Below are positions 28,535-38,222 of a stretch of 64,000 nt of DNA, piece after piece (within the stretch, counting starts at the first letter, position 1; every line of letters starts with the position of its first letter). The position numbers and the translations under genes were made by a program. The stretch comes from a virus (Duplodnaviria; Caudoviricetes): positions 128,001 to 192,000 of IMG/VR virus record IMGVR_UViG_3300025707_000003. One strand, given 5' to 3'. The notes below the pieces were generated by a model, which saw nothing but the letters and a program-made list of their open reading frames with translations, did no database searches and was not told the DNA's origin.

Positions 28535-28599
28535 TTTAGTGTCCTTGAATCATATTTAAGAGTACCTATTTATTATATGATTTGGGCTACTAAGGACTC

Positions 28600-29142
28600 T
28601 CAATAACTGATGTCTTTATGAGCTGGACTACTCTTATTGATCTTCTTACGACAGATGGGGCCGATAGCTTGCTTTAAGCTCGAAGGGTTAGTGAGGGGGA
28701 GAGCACATCTCGCACACTTGGCTTCACACATGATCTGTAGATTATCGGGCATCTCGAAGTCTTGGTCAGTAGATACTCCTAAGAGCCAGACGAGGGTTTC
28801 GTAGCCGATGTCGAGTCGGGGCTGATTGAGGTTCAGTCCGCATTGGATTCGGAGCGTACCTCTCTCATCGACTGTCCCGATGGTCTGATACACAGGGTCA
28901 TACAAGCTGTTAAGTCCATGTAGGTTAAGGCTCACTTCAACAGGTTCATTGACGGTCTGCCCCTTTAGACGAGTCGCCTTGTAGGTGAGGTGATTGTCCT
29001 TACGCTCGTTGCCGAAGGTGAACACCCAGGACTTGGTTCTCTTGGACGGAAGGGCGACACCGTTATGGTCATGTGTCGCCCCGAAGAAAGGGGCTGTAAG
29101 GTGAGCGAGGAACTCACTAGGTTTTATCTCGACTTGCTTCAT
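28600..29142 (-). CDS. Zn-ribbon (DUF6011-like) protein, paralog A
   Basis: CARCALPLTNPSSLKQAIGPICRKK; likely start MKQVEIK at 29142. Confidence 0.65.
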   Translation of the reverse strand: MKQVEIKPSEFLAHLTAPFFGATHDHNGVALPSKRTKSWVFTFGNERKDNHLTYKATRLKGQTVNEPVEVSLNLHGLNSLYDPVYQTIGTVDERGTLRIQCGLNLNQPRLDIGYETLVWLLGVSTDQDFEMPDNLQIMCEAKCARCALPLTNPSSLKQAIGPICRKKINKSSPAHKDISY

Positions 29143-29714
29143 GGGTTCTCCTTTTCGATTAGTGCTTCGACCTCTATCAGAGCCTTGTCTACCCATGAGG
29201 GGGTCTCAGTCTCGTTGTGGTCTTTCAGAATGGATAGGTTCTGGTGGAGGTTGTAAGGAAGGAAGCTATAGTGATGTAAGGCTTGTTTCCACTCTTTGAC
29301 CTCCAGTGGAGGAGAGAGGTCAAGGTCGTAAGCCTGATCCTCAAGAAGATCTCTTAACTCATCCTCTCGCTCGTCCTCATCCAAGTTTGGATCAAGGGTA
29401 GCCTTAGCCACTTCCTCATCAAACCATGAGCGTTTGACATCCCAAGGGTACACTCCATCCATGAGACAACACTCGCACAGTTCTGGGTCCGCTTCGTAGT
29501 CGTCATATCCGACCTGAAACATACGCCCTATCCGACCTTCTCCGCCACACTCTTGACACTCTACAGCGTCTGCGTAGGATGAGGATTGGAGGCGAGCCTT
29601 AGCTTCTTCGAGTGAAGCCTTAGCTGACTTCAACTTTTTGAGGTCTTGTTGGATCGCCTCAGTGAGTTGCTCGGAGGTGAAGTTTAGGTCTTGAAGTGAG
29701 GGGTAGTAGCTCAT
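29139..29714 (-). CDS. hypothetical protein with CxxCxGxG Zn-finger motif
   Basis: CQECGGEG ... CECC. Confidence 0.55.
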   Translation of the reverse strand: MSYYPSLQDLNFTSEQLTEAIQQDLKKLKSAKASLEEAKARLQSSSYADAVECQECGGEGRIGRMFQVGYDDYEADPELCECCLMDGVYPWDVKRSWFDEEVAKATLDPNLDEDEREDELRDLLEDQAYDLDLSPPLEVKEWKQALHHYSFLPYNLHQNLSILKDHNETETPSWVDKALIEVEALIEKENP

Positions 29715-29956
29715 GTTGGCTTCTCCATTTGGGAGTGATGGGGTGCGTGATTATTCTGCACCCCTCTTACATAGTCTTATAGATAAGGGGTTACGACTTC
29801 GTACTTAGCTCACTACAATAGCATCACACCACCCTAGATTTCTCGCCCCAGGGTAGTAGGCATCGAAGTCAAAGGCTCTGCCCGAAGATAGACAAAGCCT
29901 CACGATCTCTTAAATGCCCCTCTAAGAGCCTCCCGACCCCCAACCCACCCTAGCCC

Positions 29957-30481
29957 TTAGACCCCTCGACTTACCTTGCTCGATGAAGCCTTCTTGCGAC
30001 ATACTGGCCCCATGCCATCGTCCACACTGTCTGGGTTGGTGAGCTTCTTAGCACACCGACAGCATTTAGAAGCACCCTTGATCTCAAGAGCGTCTGGAAG
30101 CTCCACCCCATTGTTGAGCTTCGTGATAAGCCACACGAGGGTACGATCTGCCACAGTCTTGCGATCAGCATCTACCACGCTCTTAGGGCTTGCCTTGTAG
30201 AACCCTCTTGGGCTGACCGAGCCGATGAAGCCGAAGTCTGAGGAGTTATCCTTGCCGACCATGAGGTCGATGAGGACAGGGCTTTCAACAGTCCACCCAC
30301 GAGGGCGGCGAGCCTTGAAGGTGAGGTGGGTATCACGCTCGTTGTTGTGGAGCGTGAATGTCCACGCCTTGCTTGAGGTTGATGGGAGAGCCTCGCCCGA
30401 CTCGCTGTGGGTGTCCTTGCCACCGAAAGGGGCGAGGAGAGCTGGAAGGAAGTTGTCGGATGTGATGTTTACTGTGTTCAT
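29957..30481 (-). CDS. Zn-ribbon (DUF6011-like) protein, paralog B
   Basis: CCRCAKKLTNPDSVDDGMGPVCRKK; collinear similarity to 28600..29142. Confidence 0.65.
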   Translation of the reverse strand: MNTVNITSDNFLPALLAPFGGKDTHSESGEALPSTSSKAWTFTLHNNERDTHLTFKARRPRGWTVESPVLIDLMVGKDNSSDFGFIGSVSPRGFYKASPKSVVDADRKTVADRTLVWLITKLNNGVELPDALEIKGASKCCRCAKKLTNPDSVDDGMGPVCRKKASSSKVSRGV

Positions 30482-30574
30482 TTTGTTCTCCGTTTGGGAG
30501 TTAGGGTTGGTGAGGATTGCTCCCCTTACACTATCCTATATTTAAGGGGTTACAGCATGGACTAATCGTTGCTC

Positions 30575-31390
30575 TTAGATGTAGCTCTTAGCCTCTACTC
30601 CTGTGGATGACTTGACGATCTTCTCAAGATGATCCATCATGCGAGGTGCGATCTCAAGAGCAGACTTACCACTGATACCGTTAGGCAAGTTATCCCCCTG
30701 TACACCTAATCCGATACCGACTAGTTTGATACCTTGGGCTTGGGCTTGGAGTCTCATTGATTCTAAGTAAGCCTTCTCGTAGTCTTCACCATCAGTGAGG
30801 AAAAAGGCGATCTTATGAGTAGCATTAGATTTAGACACCATGTCGATTGCAGTTTCGGCATAGCAGACGATACTTGTCCCACCACTGCAACGCTTATTAC
30901 GAAGCCTATCAGGATTATCTCGTTGCCATTTATCACCAAGACCTTTGATCATGTTAGCTACAGGCTTGTAGCTTGAACTTGCCATAGGGACATCTCTATC
31001 CCCATAGGTGTACATGACTAGGGCAGAGCTTGAGTCAACCCCGATTGATTGACATGAAGTATGGAGTCCATTTATGAGGCTGATACACTCATTCCAATAG
31101 TTTCCACTAGGAGTAGTATTGCTATAGTTCATGCTGTCGCTCCCATCACAGGCGAAACTGAAAGCCGCTCTCACTTGTGGCTTCTGATACATCTTGATGT
31201 GCCGATCTTTATTCACTTGTCCAGTTCTTACGCTTACAAGCGTATTCACTAAAGCTGTGGAGCGAGTGTTGAGTCTCGCACCTATGAAGTTTTGACCAGC
31301 CTTTTGGTTAGCAACCTCTAAGGCTCTGCGAACCTTATTAGTGCCTCGACCAAGAGCCGAGAGGACTTTGGTGTCATATTGGTTTGGCAT
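30575..31390 (-). CDS. von Willebrand factor A domain protein
   Basis: MIDAS DGSDSM, GGTS and FFLTDG, then LVGIGLG. Confidence 0.85.
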   Translation of the reverse strand: MPNQYDTKVLSALGRGTNKVRRALEVANQKAGQNFIGARLNTRSTALVNTLVSVRTGQVNKDRHIKMYQKPQVRAAFSFACDGSDSMNYSNTTPSGNYWNECISLINGLHTSCQSIGVDSSSALVMYTYGDRDVPMASSSYKPVANMIKGLGDKWQRDNPDRLRNKRCSGGTSIVCYAETAIDMVSKSNATHKIAFFLTDGEDYEKAYLESMRLQAQAQGIKLVGIGLGVQGDNLPNGISGKSALEIAPRMMDHLEKIVKSSTGVEAKSYI

Positions 31391-31452
31391 TGTCTTTCTC
31401 CTTTCGAGAGTTAATAGGATAGATAAGGGGTTACTTCGTACCCCCCAAATGA

Positions 31453-32622
31453 TTAAAGGAACTTCCGATAGATCGGTTTAGATCCATTGGGGATATAAAG
31501 CTCATGGTCTAATTGCTTTTTATTCTTATTGACCTCTTGCTTCATTGCACTATTAGGATCAAGTGCTTTACCCTCACCGTCTAAGAGTCGTTTGATGTCG
31601 TTGAGGCTCATGGGAGACTTACCTGCTTCTTGTTGAGGCTTGCTATCATCCCCTTGCTCATTAGGCTTGTTATCATCCCCTTGCTCATTAGGCTTGGTTG
31701 GGTCTTCACCCTTACCCTTACCTTTACACTTACCCTTGCCTTTACCCTTGCCTTTACCTTTACCATCTTCGGGAGGTGGTTCTTTCAGCATCTTATGAAG
31801 AGCGTTGATGACCTCGACAGCGACATAGACAGGAAGGTGAGCCGAAGACTCCCAATCAGTGTTTTTTGGATTAAGCTCAGACCATATAGGTTTGAGGTAG
31901 TCCACCAAGTCTCTAGCCTCTTGCTTGTACTCAGCATAGACAGCTTTTGACTCATCGGAAACCCAACCCTTCCCACTGTCTCTAAGAGCCATGAGAAAGT
32001 CACTAGGAACTTCCTGTCCTCTCCCTTCAGATTCAAGCTCATGACACCAAGTTTGGATTGCATGAAAGCGATGTTCGACCTCTGGATAAGAGAGTGCCAT
32101 TCCTGGTTCAAGTCTCATATCAGCAGTCACATTAACCCATTTAGGGAGGTTAGACTCATGGTATGGGATCTCCATCTCTAAGTGGCGACCAACATGAGTG
32201 TAAAACTCAGCAAAGGTAGGGAAGCGACCATTCGCACAATCACAGATGGCATGACCTGCTTCATGGATTCCACCACCGACACCTGCGGAAGCATTGATTG
32301 TGGTCACACCTGCGGCTGAGGGTGCAGGGAGGTACAAAGTCGCCTTCTCTGGCCCACTCTGAAACTTATATAATGCGTCTTGATAGATCGCCTTTAACCA
32401 CTTTGCTTTATCAGACGAGTCGAAGTCTTTCCCTCTAACATTTTGAATAGCTCGACCAAAGACGAGCCAAGGGAAGGATGCTGAGATAGCGAATGTGCCA
32501 CCTTGTCTCTGCACAGAGATACCTCTCAGCATTAAGGTAAGAGCCTCGAACGCTCCCTTAGCGAAGCTCAAAGGATCTCTTTTAGCATATTGTGATGGGT
32601 CGTGGTTTGTATCCATATTCAT
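31453..32622 (-). CDS. HExxH metallopeptidase-like protein with low-complexity linker (CobT/DUF2201 N-terminal-like)
   Basis: GIHEAGH, NVTADMRLE, and a (GK)n/QGDD linker. Confidence 0.65.
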   Translation of the reverse strand: MNMDTNHDPSQYAKRDPLSFAKGAFEALTLMLRGISVQRQGGTFAISASFPWLVFGRAIQNVRGKDFDSSDKAKWLKAIYQDALYKFQSGPEKATLYLPAPSAAGVTTINASAGVGGGIHEAGHAICDCANGRFPTFAEFYTHVGRHLEMEIPYHESNLPKWVNVTADMRLEPGMALSYPEVEHRFHAIQTWCHELESEGRGQEVPSDFLMALRDSGKGWVSDESKAVYAEYKQEARDLVDYLKPIWSELNPKNTDWESSAHLPVYVAVEVINALHKMLKEPPPEDGKGKGKGKGKGKCKGKGKGEDPTKPNEQGDDNKPNEQGDDSKPQQEAGKSPMSLNDIKRLLDGEGKALDPNSAMKQEVNKNKKQLDHELYIPNGSKPIYRKFL

Positions 32623-32650
32623 CTCCTGTGAGTTTATTTAAAAGTGAGAA

Positions 32651-32732
32651 CACAATACTAATATATAAGGGGTTACGCTTCTGTTATAGGATTGCCAATA
32701 AAAACTGTAACCCCTTATATATTAGTATTGTG
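32651..32732. repeat. 26-bp perfect inverted repeat (back-to-back motif pair)
   Basis: CACAATACTAATATATAAGGGGTTAC (32651..32676) and its reverse complement (32707..32732), with a 30-nt spacer. Confidence 0.9.
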
Positions 32733-32834
32733 TAGGGGGGAACAATCCCCCGAAAATCGTATAAGGTTATTATCCTGTAACCCCTTATTTATAGACTCTT
32801 GTAATCAACTCGCACTCTGACAAAGGAGAACCTC

Positions 32835-33971
32835 ATGGCTCGTCAAGCACCAAATCTAAATACTCTCAAAAGCAACTCATTCTGTGGAGTGAAGAGACTG
32901 ATGTCTCCCCTCACAAATACAGAGATCAAAAGTGCAGGTTGGACTCCTGCCGAGCGACCCAACAACTATGTTGAGGACTCTTCAGAGGGATGGATGCAGG
33001 ACGCATCCATGTTTCTAAAAGTGAATCACATGATCGTCAGTGGGCCAGCAGGCACAGGTAAGGATGATTTGGTGAAAGCGTTTTGCCACGCTTTCAATAT
33101 CCCATGTAAGAGGTTCGCCTTCAAGCAAGGCACTTCACCTACCGATTGGGTGACCCGAACCACCCTCGTTTCAGTCGATGGAGGTACTGAAACGAAGGAG
33201 GTCGAAGGGGAGCTTTTAAAGGCGTGTAGGGGGGTCACTTGTAAGCGAGACTTTACAGGTGCAACTCCACTCCAACTCTCTGAGTCCATCAAGGACATGG
33301 AGGGTAATGGGTACACCGTTATCAATAACGATGGTATGCTCACCATCACTGTCCCAGGAGTCGTCATCTTTTCGGATGCTGACCGAGCCTTACCCGATAT
33401 GCTTGAACTGTTGAGGGAGGCTGTGGAGAATGGTAAAGAGATGATCGCCAATCCCATTGAGGGAGGGTTGTTCAAAGTGTTGCCAAATACTCGGTTTTAT
33501 TTCACCGCTAATAGTGGTGCAGATGGAAGTGAAGGTGGAGGGAACATCACTCAAATGAAAGACTCCAGCTTCTTGTCTAGGCTCATTGGTATCTACGCAC
33601 CACCTCCCACACCTAAGTTTGAGAGAATGGTTGTACAGGCTGAGTTTCCTCAGTTTGATACCGATCAAGTAAAGCTCCTAGTGGATTGCAATCGAGCGAT
33701 ACGCAAGGTGGCTGAAGAACAAGATATGGGACTTGAGATCACTCTACGACAGGCCAAACAGTGGGGTCATGCTTGTCTTTTGGTCATGAACGACTTGGGT
33801 ATCACTGACTTTAAGAAGGCACTCAAGCGTTCGTTTGTGACCATAAAAGGTCATTTAAATATGAAGCACAATCAGAACGCTTTTGAGGGTGCTATAGACC
33901 CTTACTTGAGATCAGATGTGGTTGACGCTCAAAGCCAATCTTCATCTGATGTTTGCCCTATTGACCTCTAA
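32835..33971 (+). CDS. MoxR/CobS-type AAA+ ATPase
   Basis: Walker A GPAGTGKD, Walker B-like VIFSDAD, FTANS, SSFLSRL and ITLRQ. Confidence 0.8.
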   Translation: MARQAPNLNTLKSNSFCGVKRLMSPLTNTEIKSAGWTPAERPNNYVEDSSEGWMQDASMFLKVNHMIVSGPAGTGKDDLVKAFCHAFNIPCKRFAFKQGTSPTDWVTRTTLVSVDGGTETKEVEGELLKACRGVTCKRDFTGATPLQLSESIKDMEGNGYTVINNDGMLTITVPGVVIFSDADRALPDMLELLREAVENGKEMIANPIEGGLFKVLPNTRFYFTANSGADGSEGGGNITQMKDSSFLSRLIGIYAPPPTPKFERMVVQAEFPQFDTDQVKLLVDCNRAIRKVAEEQDMGLEITLRQAKQWGHACLLVMNDLGITDFKKALKRSFVTIKGHLNMKHNQNAFEGAIDPYLRSDVVDAQSQSSSDVCPIDL

Positions 33972-34057
33972 GGTCGGATGGTGCATCTCGTAACCCCTTA
34001 TCTATTATATCATGTAGGTGATACTGCTCACTTACTCACTCCTAAAGGAGACTCTCT

Positions 34058-34822
34058 ATGACAACACAGGAACAAAAAAACTTAATACTAAACGCTATGC
34101 GAGAGGTGTTCCCAAACATCTTGCCAAGTCGTCTTCAAGAGGCTCGACAAGCAGTCCTTACCCATGTGGGTATGACTGAAGCTGACTTTGGGTATTACCC
34201 ATCGGGTCAACCTAAGTTTAATAACCTCTGTAGCCAAGCTGTTAAAACGCTCAAGTCTACAGGGGAGATGACCACTCAATGTTGGGAGTGGCGATGGAAT
34301 GTGGTTTGCTCCGAAGAAGCACCTGCTCCTTCGTATGATAACACACCAATGGAGATGATGATGGAACTAGAAGATGAAGATGACCTCTTCGGTGACTTTG
34401 AGATCGTACAGTCTACTCCAAGTCTCTATAATCTCAACGATGAGGAAACAATGATACGCCTCGTGGCTACGACCCCTTGCTTTGGCAAAGTCGTGCAATC
34501 AGACTCGATGTGTCAAGGTTGTCCTCTCTTTGACTCTTGCTGTGAAAAGAAGGGTGAAGATTCCCTCGCTAAAAGAGAAGCGAAGGAAGCCCGAAAGGAA
34601 GCCCTAGAGCAAGCCTCTCTCGCAGGGTATGACTTGACTAAGGTCAAAGTACCCAAGTCGGCACGACTTCACGAGACACAGCATATAGAGGCACTAGCTG
34701 ACACCTCTTGTGTCGTGTCGGGAGAACCGATCCTCACAGGAGAGGTTGCCTATCATATCCCAAGTTGGGGTATGGTAAAGAAAGTCATTGGAGACTCATA
34801 TAAAGCAATGAACAATCTATAA
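34058..34822 (+). CDS. Mrr_N-like winged-helix protein with Cys-rich C-terminal part
   Basis: YPSGQPKFNNLCSQAVKTLKSTG resembles the Mrr N-terminal motif PSG...F.NRV.WA...L; also PCFG...CQGCPLFDSC. Confidence 0.5.
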   Translation: MTTQEQKNLILNAMREVFPNILPSRLQEARQAVLTHVGMTEADFGYYPSGQPKFNNLCSQAVKTLKSTGEMTTQCWEWRWNVVCSEEAPAPSYDNTPMEMMMELEDEDDLFGDFEIVQSTPSLYNLNDEETMIRLVATTPCFGKVVQSDSMCQGCPLFDSCCEKKGEDSLAKREAKEARKEALEQASLAGYDLTKVKVPKSARLHETQHIEALADTSCVVSGEPILTGEVAYHIPSWGMVKKVIGDSYKAMNNL

Positions 34823-34849
34823 AATACTAACTTCGTAAAAGGAGAAAAT

Positions 34850-35479
34850 ATGAACACTACAGAACAAGTCTTAGATTACGCTAAGAGCGTACACCTCGCC
34901 CTTAAAGGCGAACCACTACCAATCGAGTTTGCAGACTCAGACCATCCTTATGAGGGTCACAGCACCGAAGTGATCCAAAACCTTGTGGACGGAGACTTAG
35001 TTAAATCTCAAGTGAGAGCTTTTGAGAAAGGTCTAAAGTCAGAGATGGAAGCAATGTACGCAACTCTTATGTGCGATACTCCAGTCAAAGTCACAAAGGG
35101 TAGTATGGACAAGCGTGGTATCGAAGGGTTTATCCTTCACGCCCGCGAACCACTTCAAGGATCGGGGAAGGCACTCTTTGTCTATGATGTCTTGACCAAT
35201 AAATCGTGCATGGTTCGAGACTCTGCAACTAAAGTACGAATCCCTAAGCCAGGTGAAAGACACACCCTAAAAGAGACTTATAGAGTGTGCAAATCTCTAG
35301 CCCCTCACTTCACTAAAGGCAAAGATGTAGTCCTCAAGACAAACTCATCGACAGGATTCATTGTTGAGGACGCTCATAAAAACTCAAACTTAGACGGTAA
35401 TGGCTTTCACCAAGTATCCGTCCAATGGGTCGGTGGAGAAACTTCAACACATATCCTAACTGAACTAAACCTAAAATAA
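34850..35479 (+). CDS. hypothetical protein (C-terminal SH3-like)
   Basis: GGAGA RBS; FTKGKDVVLK...TGFIVE...VSVQW. Confidence 0.55.
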   Translation: MNTTEQVLDYAKSVHLALKGEPLPIEFADSDHPYEGHSTEVIQNLVDGDLVKSQVRAFEKGLKSEMEAMYATLMCDTPVKVTKGSMDKRGIEGFILHAREPLQGSGKALFVYDVLTNKSCMVRDSATKVRIPKPGERHTLKETYRVCKSLAPHFTKGKDVVLKTNSSTGFIVEDAHKNSNLDGNGFHQVSVQWVGGETSTHILTELNLK

Positions 35480-35499
35480 ACTTCGCACAGGAGAACACA

Positions 35500-35916
35500 A
35501 TGAACTTCAACACACTTATGAACACAATGAACGATACTAACCTCGACATCAACCAACGAACCGAAGCGGCAAGTAAACTATGGGAAGCACAGAACAGGTT
35601 TAACAAGTCTCTTAAAAGTTTCAAGTCAGAACTGATCGAGATGGCAGATGACCAAGATCTTATCATCGAGTCGGCATCGGGTAAATACACCACGAGGGTA
35701 GAAAAACAACCCCCCACACCTAAGTTGGAATCGGTAGACATCTGCGACATCGAGGACGCTATCAGTGAAGATCTCTTTGATCAATACATCGCTCATAGTT
35801 ATACGATCCGTTGGAGCGAGTTTAGAGAGGCTCCAGAAGAGGTGAAAGAAGCGTTCTATGCTGTACCCAACCTCGAAACGATGCAGACCTACCAAGTCAA
35901 GTTTAAGAGGTCTTAG
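35500..35916 (+). CDS. hypothetical protein
   Basis: The stop abuts motif 35916. Confidence 0.6.
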   Translation: MNFNTLMNTMNDTNLDINQRTEAASKLWEAQNRFNKSLKSFKSELIEMADDQDLIIESASGKYTTRVEKQPPTPKLESVDICDIEDAISEDLFDQYIAHSYTIRWSEFREAPEEVKEAFYAVPNLETMQTYQVKFKRS

Positions 35917-35956
35917 TAACCCCTTATTTATAAATCACTTCCCAAAGGAGAACTAC

Positions 35957-36691
35957 ATGATCCATCAAAACAAAAGACGAGCCTTCCACAAAGGCATGGT
36001 AGCGGGTAAGACTCCTGCTGAGATCGCACAAGACTGGGAGCTAACTGAGCTTGATGTCGTACAGACGCTCAGACACCCGAAGCCTAAGATTGGATGGGCT
36101 AACTATAACCACTTAAAAGTACCAATCCCGATGGACGAGATCATAGATGCGTACCACGGGGGTACGCTTGAGGTCTTAGGTGAACTTTATGGTGTGACTA
36201 AACAAACAATATATCAGCGACTCCCTCAAGAACTGAGAAAGTCAGCAAAACGAGGTCGAAAACCTAAAGACAGTAGACCCACAGAGGCCACACTCCTCAC
36301 TTCAGAAGAAAAAGATCGGATTGTAGCTCGCTACTACCGTTCAGGTCGCAAGCTCTCTGCCTGTGGGGTCACGAGTCAGATCGCTAAAGAGGTCTTAACC
36401 GAACAAGAGATCTCTTTCCTAAAGAAAGGAGAACAAATACCACCCAAAGATATGGTCGCTTTACTTGACTGTCTCTTAGAAAAGACAGCTCAAGGTATCA
36501 TCGAGCCTCAAGTGATGTACAGTTGGAGTCGGAAACTTTATGAGCTTAAGACCAATAACCCTCATGTCTGGAAAGGGCAAATGCTAGACTGGCTCTTAGA
36601 AAATAAAATCTCTCAAGATGTTGTTCCACATATAAATGAAGCTATCGGAGAGATCATTAAACTACGGGGTTATGAAGATGCTGACAGTTAA
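35957..36691 (+). CDS. multi-HTH DNA-binding protein
   Basis: GKTPAEIAQDWELT and TLEVLGELYGVTKQTIYQRL HTH patterns, GRKPK; start MIHQNK at 35957 with GGAGA RBS. Confidence 0.6.
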   Translation: MIHQNKRRAFHKGMVAGKTPAEIAQDWELTELDVVQTLRHPKPKIGWANYNHLKVPIPMDEIIDAYHGGTLEVLGELYGVTKQTIYQRLPQELRKSAKRGRKPKDSRPTEATLLTSEEKDRIVARYYRSGRKLSACGVTSQIAKEVLTEQEISFLKKGEQIPPKDMVALLDCLLEKTAQGIIEPQVMYSWSRKLYELKTNNPHVWKGQMLDWLLENKISQDVVPHINEAIGEIIKLRGYEDADS

Positions 36692-37010
36692 GCAAGACGA
36701 TAAGAGGATTGTTAATCCCGATATAGATTCGCTAACTGAGCATCTTGCCACTAAGGAAGAACTGTTCAAAATGCTCGTGGCAGAATGTGGCTTCATCGCC
36801 TCTCATCGAAATCATGTATGGACACATACAAAAGACGATAAGTTCAGCGTCCAACTCGACCCTTCAAAAGGCATCTTCCTGTTCGAGTACGGGTATACTT
36901 CAGATAAAGTAGTCTACCCTAAAAAAGCAGGTGGTGCTGAGTTCGTCAACAGGTTCTTGGAAAGCTCTCGGAACTTTTTCCACAAGGTGGTTGTTAAGCC
37001 AACGAAGTAA
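36636..37010 (+). CDS. 'ExGF...IRxVW' family, diverged paralog
   Basis: VAECGF ... ESSRNFF; true start probably 36672 or 36678. Confidence 0.5.
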   Translation: MKLSERSLNYGVMKMLTVKQDDKRIVNPDIDSLTEHLATKEELFKMLVAECGFIASHRNHVWTHTKDDKFSVQLDPSKGIFLFEYGYTSDKVVYPKKAGGAEFVNRFLESSRNFFHKVVVKPTK

Positions 37011-37013
37011 AAC

Positions 37014-37751
37014 CTACTTGCAGTTGTATTTACTGTAAAGTTGATCTTCCTTCTTCAGATTAAAGACGGTCTTGATGTCTACACTCCCATCTCTCTGAGG
37101 AACAAACCCTACGAAGACACCCATATATTTATGGTTGATCTCCATCTCTCGATTACGCCTTCTCATATCGTCCATCTGCTTCTTGAGTTGATCACGAGAC
37201 AAAGTTCTTTCAAACCATTCCCAGTTAGCTTTGATTTCTTCATGCTTTTCTTTATTTGCCATAGCGATTTCTTTAAGTCGGTCATAATCTCGCATACCCT
37301 CTACTACTAAGGCATTCTGTGTATGCCAGTGCTTCACAACAGCCTCTACTTGTTTCATAGTCACGCCTCTCAGATCCATTCTAAACTGAGCGTGTTGAGA
37401 ATAAGTGATATGTGGAATGTTGACTGGTATCTTTTTGTTATTTTTTCCGTATACAATCTCCTCACCCTCTACTCTCTCCCTCAATCTTCTAGGGTAAGTC
37501 AGACCATACCAATCATTCCTATCTCTATTAGAAATGTCTTCTAACCCCTCTCGATTAGAATCTTGGTGTGTGACGACATTAAGATCCTCTAACACATCTT
37601 TGACATACCTTAGCTCATCAATGTTAGCCTTATTATTCTTCGCCCTCTCAAGAATGATACAGGGATCTTGTGTGCCAAGACCTGGTGTTAAGTCAGCCTG
37701 TCTTTCGAGGCAAGCAATTCTTAATCTTAAATACGCTAGCTTGTCATACAT
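37014..37751 (-). CDS. diverged-leader protein with RNase-toxin-like (DUF4258/BrnT-like) motif
   Basis: MYDKLAYLRLRIACLERQA start; YSQHAQFRMDLRGVT ... VDIKTVF. Antisense to the flanking early genes. Confidence 0.5.
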   Translation of the reverse strand: MYDKLAYLRLRIACLERQADLTPGLGTQDPCIILERAKNNKANIDELRYVKDVLEDLNVVTHQDSNREGLEDISNRDRNDWYGLTYPRRLRERVEGEEIVYGKNNKKIPVNIPHITYSQHAQFRMDLRGVTMKQVEAVVKHWHTQNALVVEGMRDYDRLKEIAMANKEKHEEIKANWEWFERTLSRDQLKKQMDDMRRRNREMEINHKYMGVFVGFVPQRDGSVDIKTVFNLKKEDQLYSKYNCK

Positions 37752-37811
37752 TGTTTATGCCTTTCATATAAATGATCTGTAGTATGATAGAGATAAAGAA
37801 AGTATTAAGTT

Positions 37812-38222
37812 ATGGATGTTCAAATTTGTGGTCAATGTAACTGGCCTATGGAGGATAGTCATTTTAACATCTGTTGGACTTGCTGGAGAGATACGCAAGG
37901 GCATAAGAGGATAAAGTCGGATCTAAAATATGAAGCCCTACAAAAGATCATACATAAACTTCTACAAGAAGAAACGCCCCCCGACCATCAAGCCAACATC
38001 CTAAAGGTTGAAAACCACCAGCTTAAAATACAGATGAACCAGCTTAAGATGCAGATTTCTTGCTTGATTCATGCACGAGATAATTCCCCTAAGCATCCTC
38101 TTGATCAGAACCTTATCAAAACCCTCCTCATGTTCTGTCACCCAGATAAAAACCAAACACGAGAAGTAGAAGCTGGAGAAATCACTAAAACTTTACTCAA
38201 AATGAGGGAGAAGAAAAAATGA
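37812..38222 (+). CDS. Zn-finger + coiled coil + truncated J-domain-like (HPD) protein
   Basis: CGQC...CWTC; LLMFCHPDKN. Confidence 0.5.
   Translation: MDVQICGQCNWPMEDSHFNICWTCWRDTQGHKRIKSDLKYEALQKIIHKLLQEETPPDHQANILKVENHQLKIQMNQLKMQISCLIHARDNSPKHPLDQNLIKTLLMFCHPDKNQTREVEAGEITKTLLKMREKKK

Noticed and set aside
31636-31760. 27-bp tandem duplication and (GK)n repeats in the HExxH gene as a separate element
   Set aside because: They are in-frame low-complexity linker expansions and are explained by the protein.
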